From Balanoglossus misakiensis (Eukaryota > Animalia > Hemichordata), in the NCBI GenBank assembly GCA_040954595.2, contig CM082597.2, positions 850,886-914,885 of the forward strand: 64,000 nt of DNA, given 5' to 3'. This document shows positions 13,383 to 24,995 of the stretch, piece by piece (positions within the stretch are counted from its first letter, which is position 1; the number at the start of each line of letters is the position of its first letter). Below the pieces are notes generated by a model. The model ran no database searches. It was given only the letters and a program-made list of their open reading frames with translations, and was not told where the DNA came from. The position numbers were made by a program, and so were the translations under genes.

Positions 13383-16300
13383 TCAAACCTCAAAAGACCA
13401 CAAATACACTGTAAACGCAAACATCAAACAGTAAACGCTGTACTCAGTTTTGAGTCGACTACCACTGATATTGTTACAACCGTCGCTGTTACAAGAATAG
13501 TAACATAGTAGTGAAGCCCCTAAGTAATCCAAACAGTTACCATCCGGGCCGTAGTTTTCTTCACTGCAATAACGTTGCACATAGTTATAAGAAGACGAAC
13601 CACGTCCTACGGTGACTGAAAGACAAAAAACGCAAGTCTTAAGGTAGTATACGCATTTGTAAAGGTGTAGGCCTAAATAATGATTTTTATGAATATCTGT
13701 CACTTTCTGTTTTAACCGGTTTGCCAAATGTGCAACGGCGTCGTTCGTAATATCTTCAGTTTCACTGTTATTCATTGTTAGAAGAGAAAAGTAAAATCAT
13801 TAAAAACTCACATTCTTCGTAGGGTATCATAGTTTCTGTGACGCATCCTCTATGTCCTGACAAACATGGTGATGGTGAATTTTTAGTCAAGTCCGAGTAG
13901 CAGTCACCATCCTTGCGAGAATCACATTGGTAACACAAGTGTCTGTCTGTAAACAGGAAGATACAGAAATGTGTTTATATCGTTCGAGTTTTCCATCAAA
14001 TCTGTATTGTCATTTTATAGGCGCGTGACAGACATGTGCTGAAGAACTTACCATTATCATCGGCATTGCAAAATGTCTCATCGCCACAAGTGCAGATGTA
14101 AGCGTGGTCACTGTTTCCAACTTTGATGTACCTACAGCTGTCTTCCCAATAATACTCGTCATTGCAATCGCAGCCACGATATATCCACAATTTTCCTGTA
14201 ATTATGGAGAAAAATATATGGTGAAGCTTTGCCTGAGTGATATATGAACCTTCTAGAAAGGTTCTTGGTGTGAGTGATGATTAGACGACAGCAGACGACA
14301 ACAGTAATTCTAACTTTGGGCAATTTTTCAGAATATCAACTCCGGTTTTTTGTTATGGACAGACAACTTTGGGAGATGTTCAGTTTTTCTAATTTCTCAA
14401 ATCTGTGAAAAAGGCCAAGATGCACAGGATTTCAGTCAACTGAGTTGGGTATTTGTTTTCAAGAGAAAAGCAAATAAAACATAAAAATATAATGCAAGAA
14501 AACCATTAATGTATATAGAAGGATTTAGTATGCAATCAACCTTTTAAACTTGTTCATTTTACTGCAACATTATTTTAATTGAATTCTCCCACTGCAGTTA
14601 ACAATACAGAGACCGTCGTCTGGTGTTGCCTTGAAAGACACAAAGAACAAAATGGTTCCTAGGAGTTTAAAATGCTTTCGTCAGAAATGTGACCTTTTCG
14701 CTCGAGTGCTAAACAACATGAGTAGCATGGGGACATGTCGTCTGGTTGGAATAAAGTAGAGATTGTTTGACGATATATAGAACACCGTGTGTCTCTAAAC
14801 TTCTCAATTACTTTGTCAAATATATCACTGCGTGTGTGTTACAGATTTCCAGGTGTTATCATTGCTTGCAATCCATCAATTGCAAGGCCTAAATAGACAA
14901 TGGTCGGACAATGTCACCAAGTCAGCTGGAATCATTGAAATTTGGATAAATATTCTAAAGACTATTTGGTCATTTTGTATGCGATAAATGCCTCAGACAC
15001 GCATACAGACAGACAGATAGACACACAGACAGGCAGAGACAGACAGAGAGAGTCAGACAGACAGATACTCGTACTCACCCATGTCTGAATAGCCATAAGT
15101 GACGCATTTGGAATTACATCTTACAGTTCCCATTGCATACGGATCTGTTAAACAGTCTTTATGCGATCCCGGGGCTTCAGAGTTGTACTCACATGAAATA
15201 CACGTTATAGGATCGGTGATGTTCTCTCGGCTTTGGCAATCTGGTGTATCAAGACAAAACATCATATTGCATTGTAATGTTTGTTTTATCTCGCACAACC
15301 ACGATACATATCATTGTATGTGGATAAATTAATTGTTATGATGTATTTAAAAACATGTAAGTTACCTTAACACAATGCTTGGACATTTTCCAGTAAATTG
15401 TTTGGTGAGCTCTGATATAAGTGAGTGAGTGAGTGAGTGAGTGAGTGAGTGAGTGAGTGAGTGAGAAAGCTCACCATCTAGTCGGTGGGTACAACCATCT
15501 TCAGAACAAGAATGAAAACACTGCTGAGCCACGCCCAAATAATCGGAACAATAGAATCCAGGCGCTTGATAATCATCGCTACAGTATCGTCTGACGAAAT
15601 TGAAGTTTTCGGAGTCACCGATTACTAAAGAAAACAAAAAAATAGACACACATTGAAGTCATAATGAGGCACAAGTGTACTGCTATTTTCCCAATCATAT
15701 TTCAGTGACGTAAATATACAGTCCCTTGATGGTATAGAATAATGTCACAAAGGTATTGAAAGCACCACCTGAATTGCTTTGAAGGAAGCGATAAATTTCA
15801 CCTACTAGCTTCCTGAGCTTCGTATGACGTCATCGTTTGGGTAACGCAACCCCTGGCCCCGGTCAGACACGGCAGTACTTCTAATGTGTGAACATACCTA
15901 TCGGCACAATTTGCATCGTGTCTAGAATCACACTGATAACATCGACTGTAATCTACAGAAAAAAAATCATATGAAGATTCCTCACAATTTGGGTAACCAT
16001 CATAACAGTGTCAACGTTCTTACAGTAATAGACAACAGACAACATCGCCTGGTGGGGGGGGGGGGACCTCAATTCTAAATGTGCTTGTAACTCTATCTTC
16101 TCAGATTTACCTGTGTCGTCAGCGTTACACAGGTCCTCATGATCACACGTACATATACGATATTTTCCACCAATGACCTGGCACAGGTTATTCCAATCAT
16201 AGGTCAGCTGTCTGTCACATCCACGCACCACTTGCAGAGGGCCTGTTAGCAGAGAGAAACAATGTTTATTCTTATTAATTTTTATTAAAGTTCTAAGAAT

Positions 16301-19293
16301 ACATCAATGTGCTTTTCATAGACGACAATATGGGTAGATCTTAAATTGTGTGTTTTTCATACCTGTTTCTGTGTACCACGCTTTTGTGAAGCACTGAGAA
16401 TAACATTCTGTGGTAGGAACTGACTGTGGATTGATCAGGCAATCAAGGTTTGAGTCGTCTGTTATGTCACCATCATAGTAGCATTCGGTACACTGTATGG
16501 TCTTGACGGTTATACACTCTGTGAGAGAGAGGGGAGAGAGAGGGGGGGGGAGAGGCAGAGAGAGAGAGAGAGGGAGACAGGGGGAGATAGTTAGATATTT
16601 AGTACTTGTACTCAACACCAGTCATGTTGCAAGTACACTTTTGCTGGTTACACTCTATTGACACTGTGACCATTTGTGGTTTTGTTCCACTGTTTGCATT
16701 GTTCAAAACTGCGCTTCACGCTCTATTTATGACAACGACGGTGAATTACACGTCACCATGGATACGTCATTGTCACGATAACTGTCACAGAGAGAACAAT
16801 GGAGACAATGTAAAACGGCATGCAATAACTCTCAGTGGGTAGATACTGTGGCCGTTCCATAAAGATACAAAATAAGAAACGGGACTCGGTGGGAGTGCTG
16901 TGGCAATGTCCAACTATAAACAACAATACAAGCATTTCATCCTGTCTGACAATAATCGTTATAATTGAGTGTAAGCACGCTATCTAGAAAGGTGATAAAG
17001 TACACAGCTGTATCAGAGTGGTTTGAACTGTAAATGTTATTGTACTTCGCACATCTTTGTTTCCAGATAACAAAATGTTAACTAAATTGTCTTTGGATGG
17101 GAAAGGATGCCTACAGTCAGTATGCCTTTAAGACATGTATGCTTTTGTCCGATTGATAATGATTTCATTCTTCCGAGAAGTACGAAGCGGGGTGCTTTTC
17201 TTGAAGTAGTTGGCAAAACTAATTTTCTTTTGACAAACTAGTTCGAAGCACTTTTCACAGTGGCACCGGAGATGCGGTCCAGCAAAACAAACAAACAAGA
17301 AACATGGCAAAGAAATTTATACAATACCATCGTTCACATTGTTACAACCATTTGAAGTACAGGAGAGTTGACAATGAAGCGATGCATGATGGAAATCTGC
17401 AAACAAGCCTTCGGAACCAAAATCTTCGTTACTGCAGTAACGCCGAACATAATCATACAAGTCTGACCCGGTGTAAGCTGAAATAAAAGTACAATGAACT
17501 TAGTAGAAACTTATGGCTATGGGTGGCTAGGGATAATCACTGATAAGAACAAATTATCTACAAAGAGTCAAATTTGGCGACTTACTGGATCCGTGGTGAG
17601 GATATGGTTCCATGGTGTCTGAAACACAGCCAGTGTGACCGGTCAGACAGGGGTATGGGCCGCTGTTACTCAGACCGGCGAGGCAATCACTGTCTTGTCT
17701 CGAATCACACTGGTAACACGAACGGTAACCTGCAGAGAGACAAAACAGTGGAAGGCTTTGGTGAATTATTCTCTTCCAAGAAGATAAACAATATCGACTG
17801 AGCTAAAAAATAATCTGAACACTCGTAGCATTTTGGTATTAAATGAGCAACTTCTACAGCAAGTGAGAATGTTCCCCTTCCACTCACTGGCACTCAAAAT
17901 GTATGCGAGAACTTCGGCATAAATGACTTCAAGCCCATGGATGTTATTTTCAACCAGATGCAGACGTGATAGTAATCAGAGCTGAAATGGATATTACAAC
18001 TTTACCATGAATACATGTATATGAAAGAGCTCACCTGTGTCATCGCTGTTGCATGTATTATTGCCGTCACATATACACACATAGCCGTCAATGACGGTGT
18101 TGAATTTGAAAAACTTGCAACCATCGGTCCAGTCGTAAGTGGCAGAGTCATTGCATCCTCGATAAACACGCAGTTTGTTGGCTGTGAACAAATAAAGATT
18201 TCAGGTTGCGGATTAATTGCACTGTTTTTGATTCAAAACTATCCATGCATGCCGAATCTTTCTCCTTCTCATAACCGGCGACACATCACAAAGTCGACAG
18301 CATATTGCTATGCATAGCAGGGAATTATGTCTAAACGTCTCATTCTGTACAAGTGACCTCACTTGGTAAAACACCATTAGCAACCACGATTGATCATTTC
18401 AACAGAGTCGTTGCCCTCGTGGCTTGCATTGCACAGTGACAATACTTAATTTCTACAGAGCCGTCTCGTAAATCGTCCCCAAACTAAATATCTAGTCATG
18501 CGTTAATCTGGAAAAATAGCCATTGTACCTGGAGATATTACGCAGGCTCTTTTAACGTTAGGTAACCCGAATTTAGGCCAATTGGAGGTTTGAGACCAAC
18601 AGGAAAATATCGTTGATAAACGGAATATAATTCTATAAAAATACCTTAAAGTTGTGGCTTGGTGAGTTTTAGTAGCATGAGGTTTCCATCTTCAATTTTG
18701 GCATAAAGTTTGACAAAATCACTAATTCCCTTTTGAATATGCTGGAAACTTTAAGCTTACACAAAAATTGCAAACTGTTATAATACTGTAAAACTGCATT
18801 ACTGTAAAAAAATACAGCCTTACCTACACCATAGTAACCAGCTGCCGTTAAACAATAACCATGTTCACATTCTGTGATGGGCATCACCGCTGGATTGGTC
18901 AGACATGAGCGGTTCACACTATATGATACAGCTTCGTCGTAAACACACGACACACAGGGAATTGCTGACACCTTGCAAAAGTGCACTACAACACAAAAAG
19001 GAGAATTTATCATAAAATGAAGGAAAGGTTTATTTTTGATGTGCGAAACTTGGAAATCAGCTCATCAGATTTGAAAGTACAATCATGTACTTGGTCATCA
19101 CTTGTCCAAATTTGTGACTGGCACTAAACAGTCATGCACTGATTGTGCGCAAAATTGATAACAAAAATCTTTCAGTTTGGCTTTCATAAAAGGTAGGAAA
19201 TTAATCTTGTATTGTTAAAAGTCATTAGTCTATCATGACAATACCATACTTACATGTGATTATAAGAAACAGACATCTCAAATAGGATGACAT
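13383..19293 (-). CDS. GPI-anchored protein with six tandem Ly6/uPAR (three-finger, Quiver/Sleepless-like) domains, ~633 aa, 13 coding exons
   Basis: Exons: 19254-19293, 18824-18985, 18035-18181, 17586-17729, 17328-17477, 16363-16518, 16111-16242, 15806-15952, 15475-15624, 15079-15240, 14052-14195, 13812-13946, 13383-13615. All introns are GT-AG phase 1; 1902 nt, open frame. Signal peptide MSSYLRCLFLIITLHFCKVSA. Each domain starts CxxC (CVSC, CYQC, CTEC, CYQC, CISC, CYQC), has RGC/RYC, and ends C..CN-like (CNSDD, GCNN, CNADD, GCTH, CNADD, GCNN). Hydrophobic C-terminus YSVYCLMFAFTVYLWSFEV resembles a GPI signal. Confidence 0.88.
15006..15066. repeat. Imperfect (AGAC)n/(AG)n microsatellite in intron
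   Basis: cagacagacagatagacacacagacaggcagagacagacagagagagtcagacagacag. Confidence 0.8.
15420..15465. repeat. (GAGT)n microsatellite in intron, next to a splice donor
   Basis: About 11 perfect gagt units; source of the spurious HSLT repeats in ORF 15362..15649. Confidence 0.95.
16522..16588. repeat. GA-rich low-complexity tract (polypyrimidine tract on the minus strand)
   Basis: gagagagaggggagagagagggggggggagaggcagagagagagagagaggg, immediately upstream of the minus-strand acceptor at 16519-16520. Confidence 0.8.
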
Positions 19294-20382
19294 GGTTGGT
19301 CATGGACACTGCTGGGTAAATGATGTAAACTCGAAATGAAGTGCGTCACACGGGAAATCCTGTCATCGGTAAATCTGTGAATAAATCAAATACTTACAGG
19401 ATGAGTATGTACAGGACACTGAAATCTTGAAGGCTAGGGCGAGGTGAATTCAAGATATAAATTCATATACATTCCTGACACTATACTTTATGAAGCCGCA
19501 TTAAACTCCTACCAGTATTCAAATTTGACAATTCCATGATCGTGTATCGCTGTGATAAAAGCGTTTTTACAGTTTACCTTCTGTAGTGTCTTGTGTGATT
19601 TCAATCTTGTCGAAACATTTTTTGATTAACCTTGAACTCGTCGCGGTCTGACGAAAGACGACAGTCAGGATCTAGCTACTTGGTTGAAATTAGAGTTGAA
19701 CGAACAACAACTACAAAAGCGGTTCTCTCATCGATGAAAAGCTCACTCACTCCTCGAAGAAGACAACATCGTTTCAAGTCAGAAGTTGAAACCTCGTAAA
19801 GACACTCCTCCGTGACGTGCTGCAGTGGGCGGTGGACATCTGCCCAATTACACCTCAATAGGGATTATAGAAGAGGTCACCATCGTTGTCATAGAGAATA
19901 GGTCGCTATGTCCTCGTCTTTAAGACGACAACAAAGCTATTGTCATTTTTCGTATCATGGTGAATTATCCTCTTACAGACGACCGCAGAGTTTCAATTGC
20001 TTGTTACGCTAGAGGTACGCGTTGTTTATCACCAATACAGTGTATATAAAGTTATTTTGGCCATGCAAATTCTTAATGTGGAAGTATCGCCCGGATGTGA
20101 CGATAGACCCTTCTATGCAGTAACAGCGTGGCGACTGAGTGATTTGGCTGTACTATGCAAGATTCACTGCTAACCAAATGTGGAGGGAGTGAGTTAATGA
20201 GTGAGTGTACAAATACATACATGTATAAAATCGTCAATGGTCACTCAGACGAAATTTATTTTCCTTAGAGTAAATGCTGCATCAAAAATCAGCAAATTTA
20301 AGACAAAAATGCCATCTAGATACAAAGGGTGGGGCAAGAAAATCTTTGGGCTCTGACGCTGGATTAATCATTGTATACAGAT

Positions 20383-23300
20383 CTAAGGAGGATGTTTATG
20401 AGATGGATTTTCGTCGACGGGGGAGCCCCAACACTGTCTGTCAACAACAGCGACTCTTGTTTTAGTCTTGATCATGTGTTTTGATTTTCTCCTGTTGCCT
20501 GTTTGCTGGCTGGATTGTGGCTCTACATTCACGGCAGGTCGACGCGATTTTTGAATTGTTGTATTGTTCGGACAGATATCTTTAAAATTCTCAGTCAGTT
20601 CAATCTGCAGATATATCGTGATGAGGGGGATGGGGAGGGAGGAGACGAGAGGGAGGCCAGGGATGATCAACAGAGAGAAACAGAGAGTATGTGTGTCAGT
20701 ACTCATGACATAAAAAAATATATTATGAAAACTATTTTTTTTAACCTAAAAAGTAGTAAGAGGGTTCTTACCTCCGTTCGCTGGATTTCGACTTTAGTCC
20801 TTGTTAGATTCGCCACCCTGTCTCGAACTTCTTCATTTACGAGCAGGAATGACACAAAAATACACAGTCCCTAGAAGAAATAAAATGGAAACGTTAGTAC
20901 ATAATCTTGACAATATTTTCTACGTAATGGTTGGCCATTTAGCAAATCAAAGGGTCGGTTTGTGCTGGGGAATCTTACATCCAGGGCATACAGTTATCAT
21001 GGCCACAGCTTGCATACTACTTGAACTAATCTTCCAACAGATTCTTCCACAAGCAGCGATAGAATTAAGGCGGGAAATAACATCACACTAATTAGTGAAC
21101 TGCGAAATATCTCACCTTGCATAAATTCGCCATGGCAAATAAATACTGCATCGGTATCTTCAGAAGATGAAGCGAGAGAATTCCAAAGGTCCATTCCATC
21201 ATGGAAAAGACTAACAGACACAGGTTCACTTTCAATGTTTCCCTCGAATGGTCGCACAGTTGTTTTGCTCGATACCCTGAGACACACAAATTGATCTGTG
21301 TTGGAATATATTAAGAGATAACAAGAAATTAGTGCATAGTTATAATATACGACACAACTTGCAAAATACTACACGAGATGCAATTTATACGAGATGTGAA
21401 TCTCTCCTCGCTAAAGGAATATTATACTCAAAGGTTTCTGCAAATGACAGAAGGTAACAATTAAAATGCATCTACTCACTGTGAACAGCAATCCTAAATT
21501 TGAAATTATTGTAACAGCTACAAACTGCGATGACGAATATCTGCAGTGAAATTACAAAGAAAGGATGTTGATTATATTTGATTAAAGTAGAAAACTTTTT
21601 TGCATCATAACAAATCAAACGGATCAATTTGAGTTTCAATATCGGATCTAGGAAGTTAGGGGCGCCCCTTAGTCATAAATCGTTTGCCTCCATTTGTTTA
21701 TTGTTCTGTGTATTTCTGACACCCAAACAGTATGATTCCCTTACCTTGTGTTGGCCAGCTTGTCGTAATAAATAGTTAATTCAATAACTGTAACAGCTGT
21801 TGGAACGAGAATAGGCACTCCTGCAAAGAACCATTAACAAATGTATTCAGACAATGTATGTATAACATTATTACATGTATATTCAACAAAGAAAACACAT
21901 GTGGTATAATGTCTGTCTGTCTATTAGTCTGCCTATACCTGTCTGTCTGCCCGTCTAGTTATACAGTAAATAAGAATACTCACCCCATCCGAACAACCTC
22001 AAAATGGCATAATTTCTTCTTCTCGTATGACGTCGCATTGTCGAGCTGATGACGTAAGCAGCGTGTGCATGAGTTATCAACCAATGGAATTGACACGTGA
22101 TGAAATAGTGGAGTGATAACGAAAACAGCATGCAGACCTCCTGTCAGTAGATAATCATGAGTTGTTTGTTAATATCAATGTCAGAAAGATCACAATAAAG
22201 TTTCAAATACACAATACTACAGAAATAAATGAAATACTCACCAATGAATGAGTACATGGCGTTCCTATCAGGAACACGATATTAGTCAGTGCCACTGATG
22301 CTGATATGGACGTTTGGATTTCCATAATCGGAGAATTTCGTGTCAGTAATCTGTAATGAAGGATTGAACGACTCGTTACACATCTTCAGTATATGAGAGT
22401 CCAGTTGAGATACTGTCTTAAGGATATCTTGGATTAAGAGGTTTCAGTCAACTTACCTGAGTACAACCAAGACTACAACAACAGCTGATGTAAGTGTTGA
22501 TGTGAGGATGGATGAGATGTTCGCAAAGGGAACTGGTGTGAAAACAGCGCCTATCTGTAATGAAGACCGAGAAAGGCTGATTGTAGTAGATACAGAATAG
22601 CTCACTCCCGTGCTGATGGCAGATGTTGAAGACTGATCTGTAATAGTGAAAATAGAACAAATCATATCAATGTTTACGAATTCACATCTCATGTGAAAAG
22701 ACAGAAATCTCTCACAACTCCATGACCGTCCATCCAAAAATAGATTACTTCAAATTATACTTACAGCTGTAAGTGTGTGCTGTCATAGCAATTGATGGAT
22801 GAGATGAGGTTTCTGGTCGGGGTGATGAAGTTGGCAGCGCTGTAGTGTTCTCGTTGGGGGTGGAGCTGTCACTAATTTCGCCGGCTGACGTATCTTGGGT
22901 AAAACTTGTAACTATGCTGAGTGTGCTCCACTGTGATGTTGTTGAGTCTAAGCGATATGGAACAAAAACACAGAAATACAATTCTTTAGTGTGCATTCCT
23001 TGACAACTTGTCTAATTCTACCTGCAGTGCCATTATGTCTATCTGTGTATCTGTTGGTTTGTGTGTGTCTGTTTGTCTATTTGTCAGTCTGTTTGTCTTT
23101 CTGTCTATCTATACATGTAGACAAAATGCACATCCATACATGTACCTTGTTCCTCATTTGCTGTGATATGTAGATTCGCTGTATGTTTGTTGGTTGTTTG
23201 ACTCGTCGTATAACCACCGAATGACGTCACACTAGAAGGTGTGTTGACGTAACCCGTTGTAACGGTGACGACACCTGTACAGAAATTGTAAATGAGAAAA

Positions 23301-24336
23301 TAAATAAATTAATGACACAACTACGAACACAAGCTAACAGAACTGTTATATAAACTCACATAAACCATGTAGAATTTTATGTAAATTAGAACACCTACTT
23401 CTTGGATATTTGCATATGTATCCGGCTTTGTCGTCACATGACTTGTCACGCCATATTCCTGTGGCTTTGCTGTCTCCGGCCAAGATATCTACGCAGTATT
23501 CGTTCCCTGTCAAATATTGAAATTTCAAAAGTACAATAAGTATTGGCACGCTACACAAGAAAGCAAAGAGTAATTCAACACAGCTGTACTATGATATTAC
23601 TCATCTGATTGGTTTGGAGATTTAATTGACTTACCGACGGCGTTGTCTGGTTGACCGATCTCCCATTCTTGTAAATCACGTGACACATTTTGGCCGTTGA
23701 CCCAGTGATAGATGAAATCATCGTCATAGTTTCCCGTCAGTCCAAGCCACAGATATGAACTGGGAAATGGTGGTAACAGTTGTTGCGAAATGGACCTGGG
23801 AGAAGAGAACATGAATATTGTTTACATGATTGATTCCAAAAGTACGCAGTTCCACAATGCAGTGTGCGCAACACAAAATTTACGGTGTATGATCAATTTG
23901 ATATCGCGGCCATCTTGAAATAACAGGAAAAATAAAAGGAGAACTTACTCTCTTTCTTGGACAGAGTCCAATGTCAGCAAATTGGCTCTGTTTTCTTCCA
24001 AACATTTTTCTCGTGCTTCTGTCCAGGTCACGGGGTCAGTGTCCAGCTTATAACAAAATCGGTCATTTTGGAACCATACGTCATCACAAGGGGACAACGA
24101 AATTGGTACGCCTAGATTGAAAGAGAACATAGACACCGTAAAAACAAATGCCTTTGCCTCTCTTTATTACGTCTTGATACAAAATATTAATTAACTGAAT
24201 TTAAGAGCATTGGAGAACACACTACTGTGATATCTCAAGACATCTTAAAGTGAAACCTACCTTCAGTGCGTAATGAGATCAACGACGCAGAGACTGCCAT
24301 TGTCAGCCACACCAGTGCGTGTAAGAATGAATCCAT
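20383..24336 (-). CDS. Adhesion/secretin-class (7tm_2-like) GPCR with N-terminal C-type lectin domain and Ser/Thr-rich stalk, ~634 aa, 14 coding exons
   Basis: Exons: 24261-24336, 23949-24111, 23635-23795, 23399-23506, 23146-23274, 22765-22947, 22457-22637, 22242-22350, 21984-22140, 21745-21820, 21480-21540, 21116-21295, 20772-20870, 20383-20604 (1905 nt, phases consistent). Signal peptide MDSFLHALVWLTMAVSASLISL. CTLD motifs CDDVW..FCYK..TWTEAREKC..LWLGL..WEIGQPDN..CV..WRDKSC..YICK. Class-B motifs: TM3 CMLFSLSLHYFITCQFHW, TM4 GWGVP, TM6 WTFGIL, TM7 YLFAMANLCKGLCIFVSFLLVNEEVR. AATAAA on the minus strand at 20255-20260. Confidence 0.85.
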
Positions 24337-24995
24337 CTTCACCCTGGGTTTTTTCACAATTTCCAAGACCTCCTGTCAATTGAGAAATACCGCATAATTG
24401 TCATCGAGTCCAAACCTTTCTCTTATCAGAAATCAAATCCCAATTTACATGAAGATTTTTCTTTAAGGCGGGTGGTTAGCTTGGAATCACATTTTCTCAA
24501 ACTATATGCATACAACAGCTAGGAAGGCGCTCTAAGCTCTCAGGAAACACCTGCGTATCTGAGCATCAAATATTCATTGTTGTTCAAGCCACTTTACATG
24601 TTTTCAAGGCTGCAAACCAAGAACGCTTGAATCAGACCACGACTCGTTTTATTTGAGTGAGAATCAGGACCTCCTATAATTATTGATGAAGAATGACTAG
24701 AGGAGTATTGGAACATGATCGTCGAGGGAGACGCATTTTGTGGCCATGTTTCTGGTTAGGAAACTACTTCATTTCAGTCCGTGATTATCAGCCCATATGA
24801 AATCATTTCAATCAAAACATGTAAACGTTTAGGGGATAGAAAATTGACAGTTTATTCAGAAAGGAAAAGAAAGATTCATTCTTCACATTCAGTTAATATC
24901 GGGTGACGAGAAAGAACGAGAACAATACAGAACATGTTTTATACAAGATATGTGTCTCTCTCTCTTTGAAGATGTCTCGACTGAACGGTTCTGCG

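Noticed and set aside
21480-21820. Apparent missing exon/frameshift that would make the GPCR a pseudogene
   Set aside because: Reading exon 21480-21540 as phase 2 to 0 and using the acceptor at 21296-21297 (INLCVSGY...) keeps the frame open through TM5-TM7.
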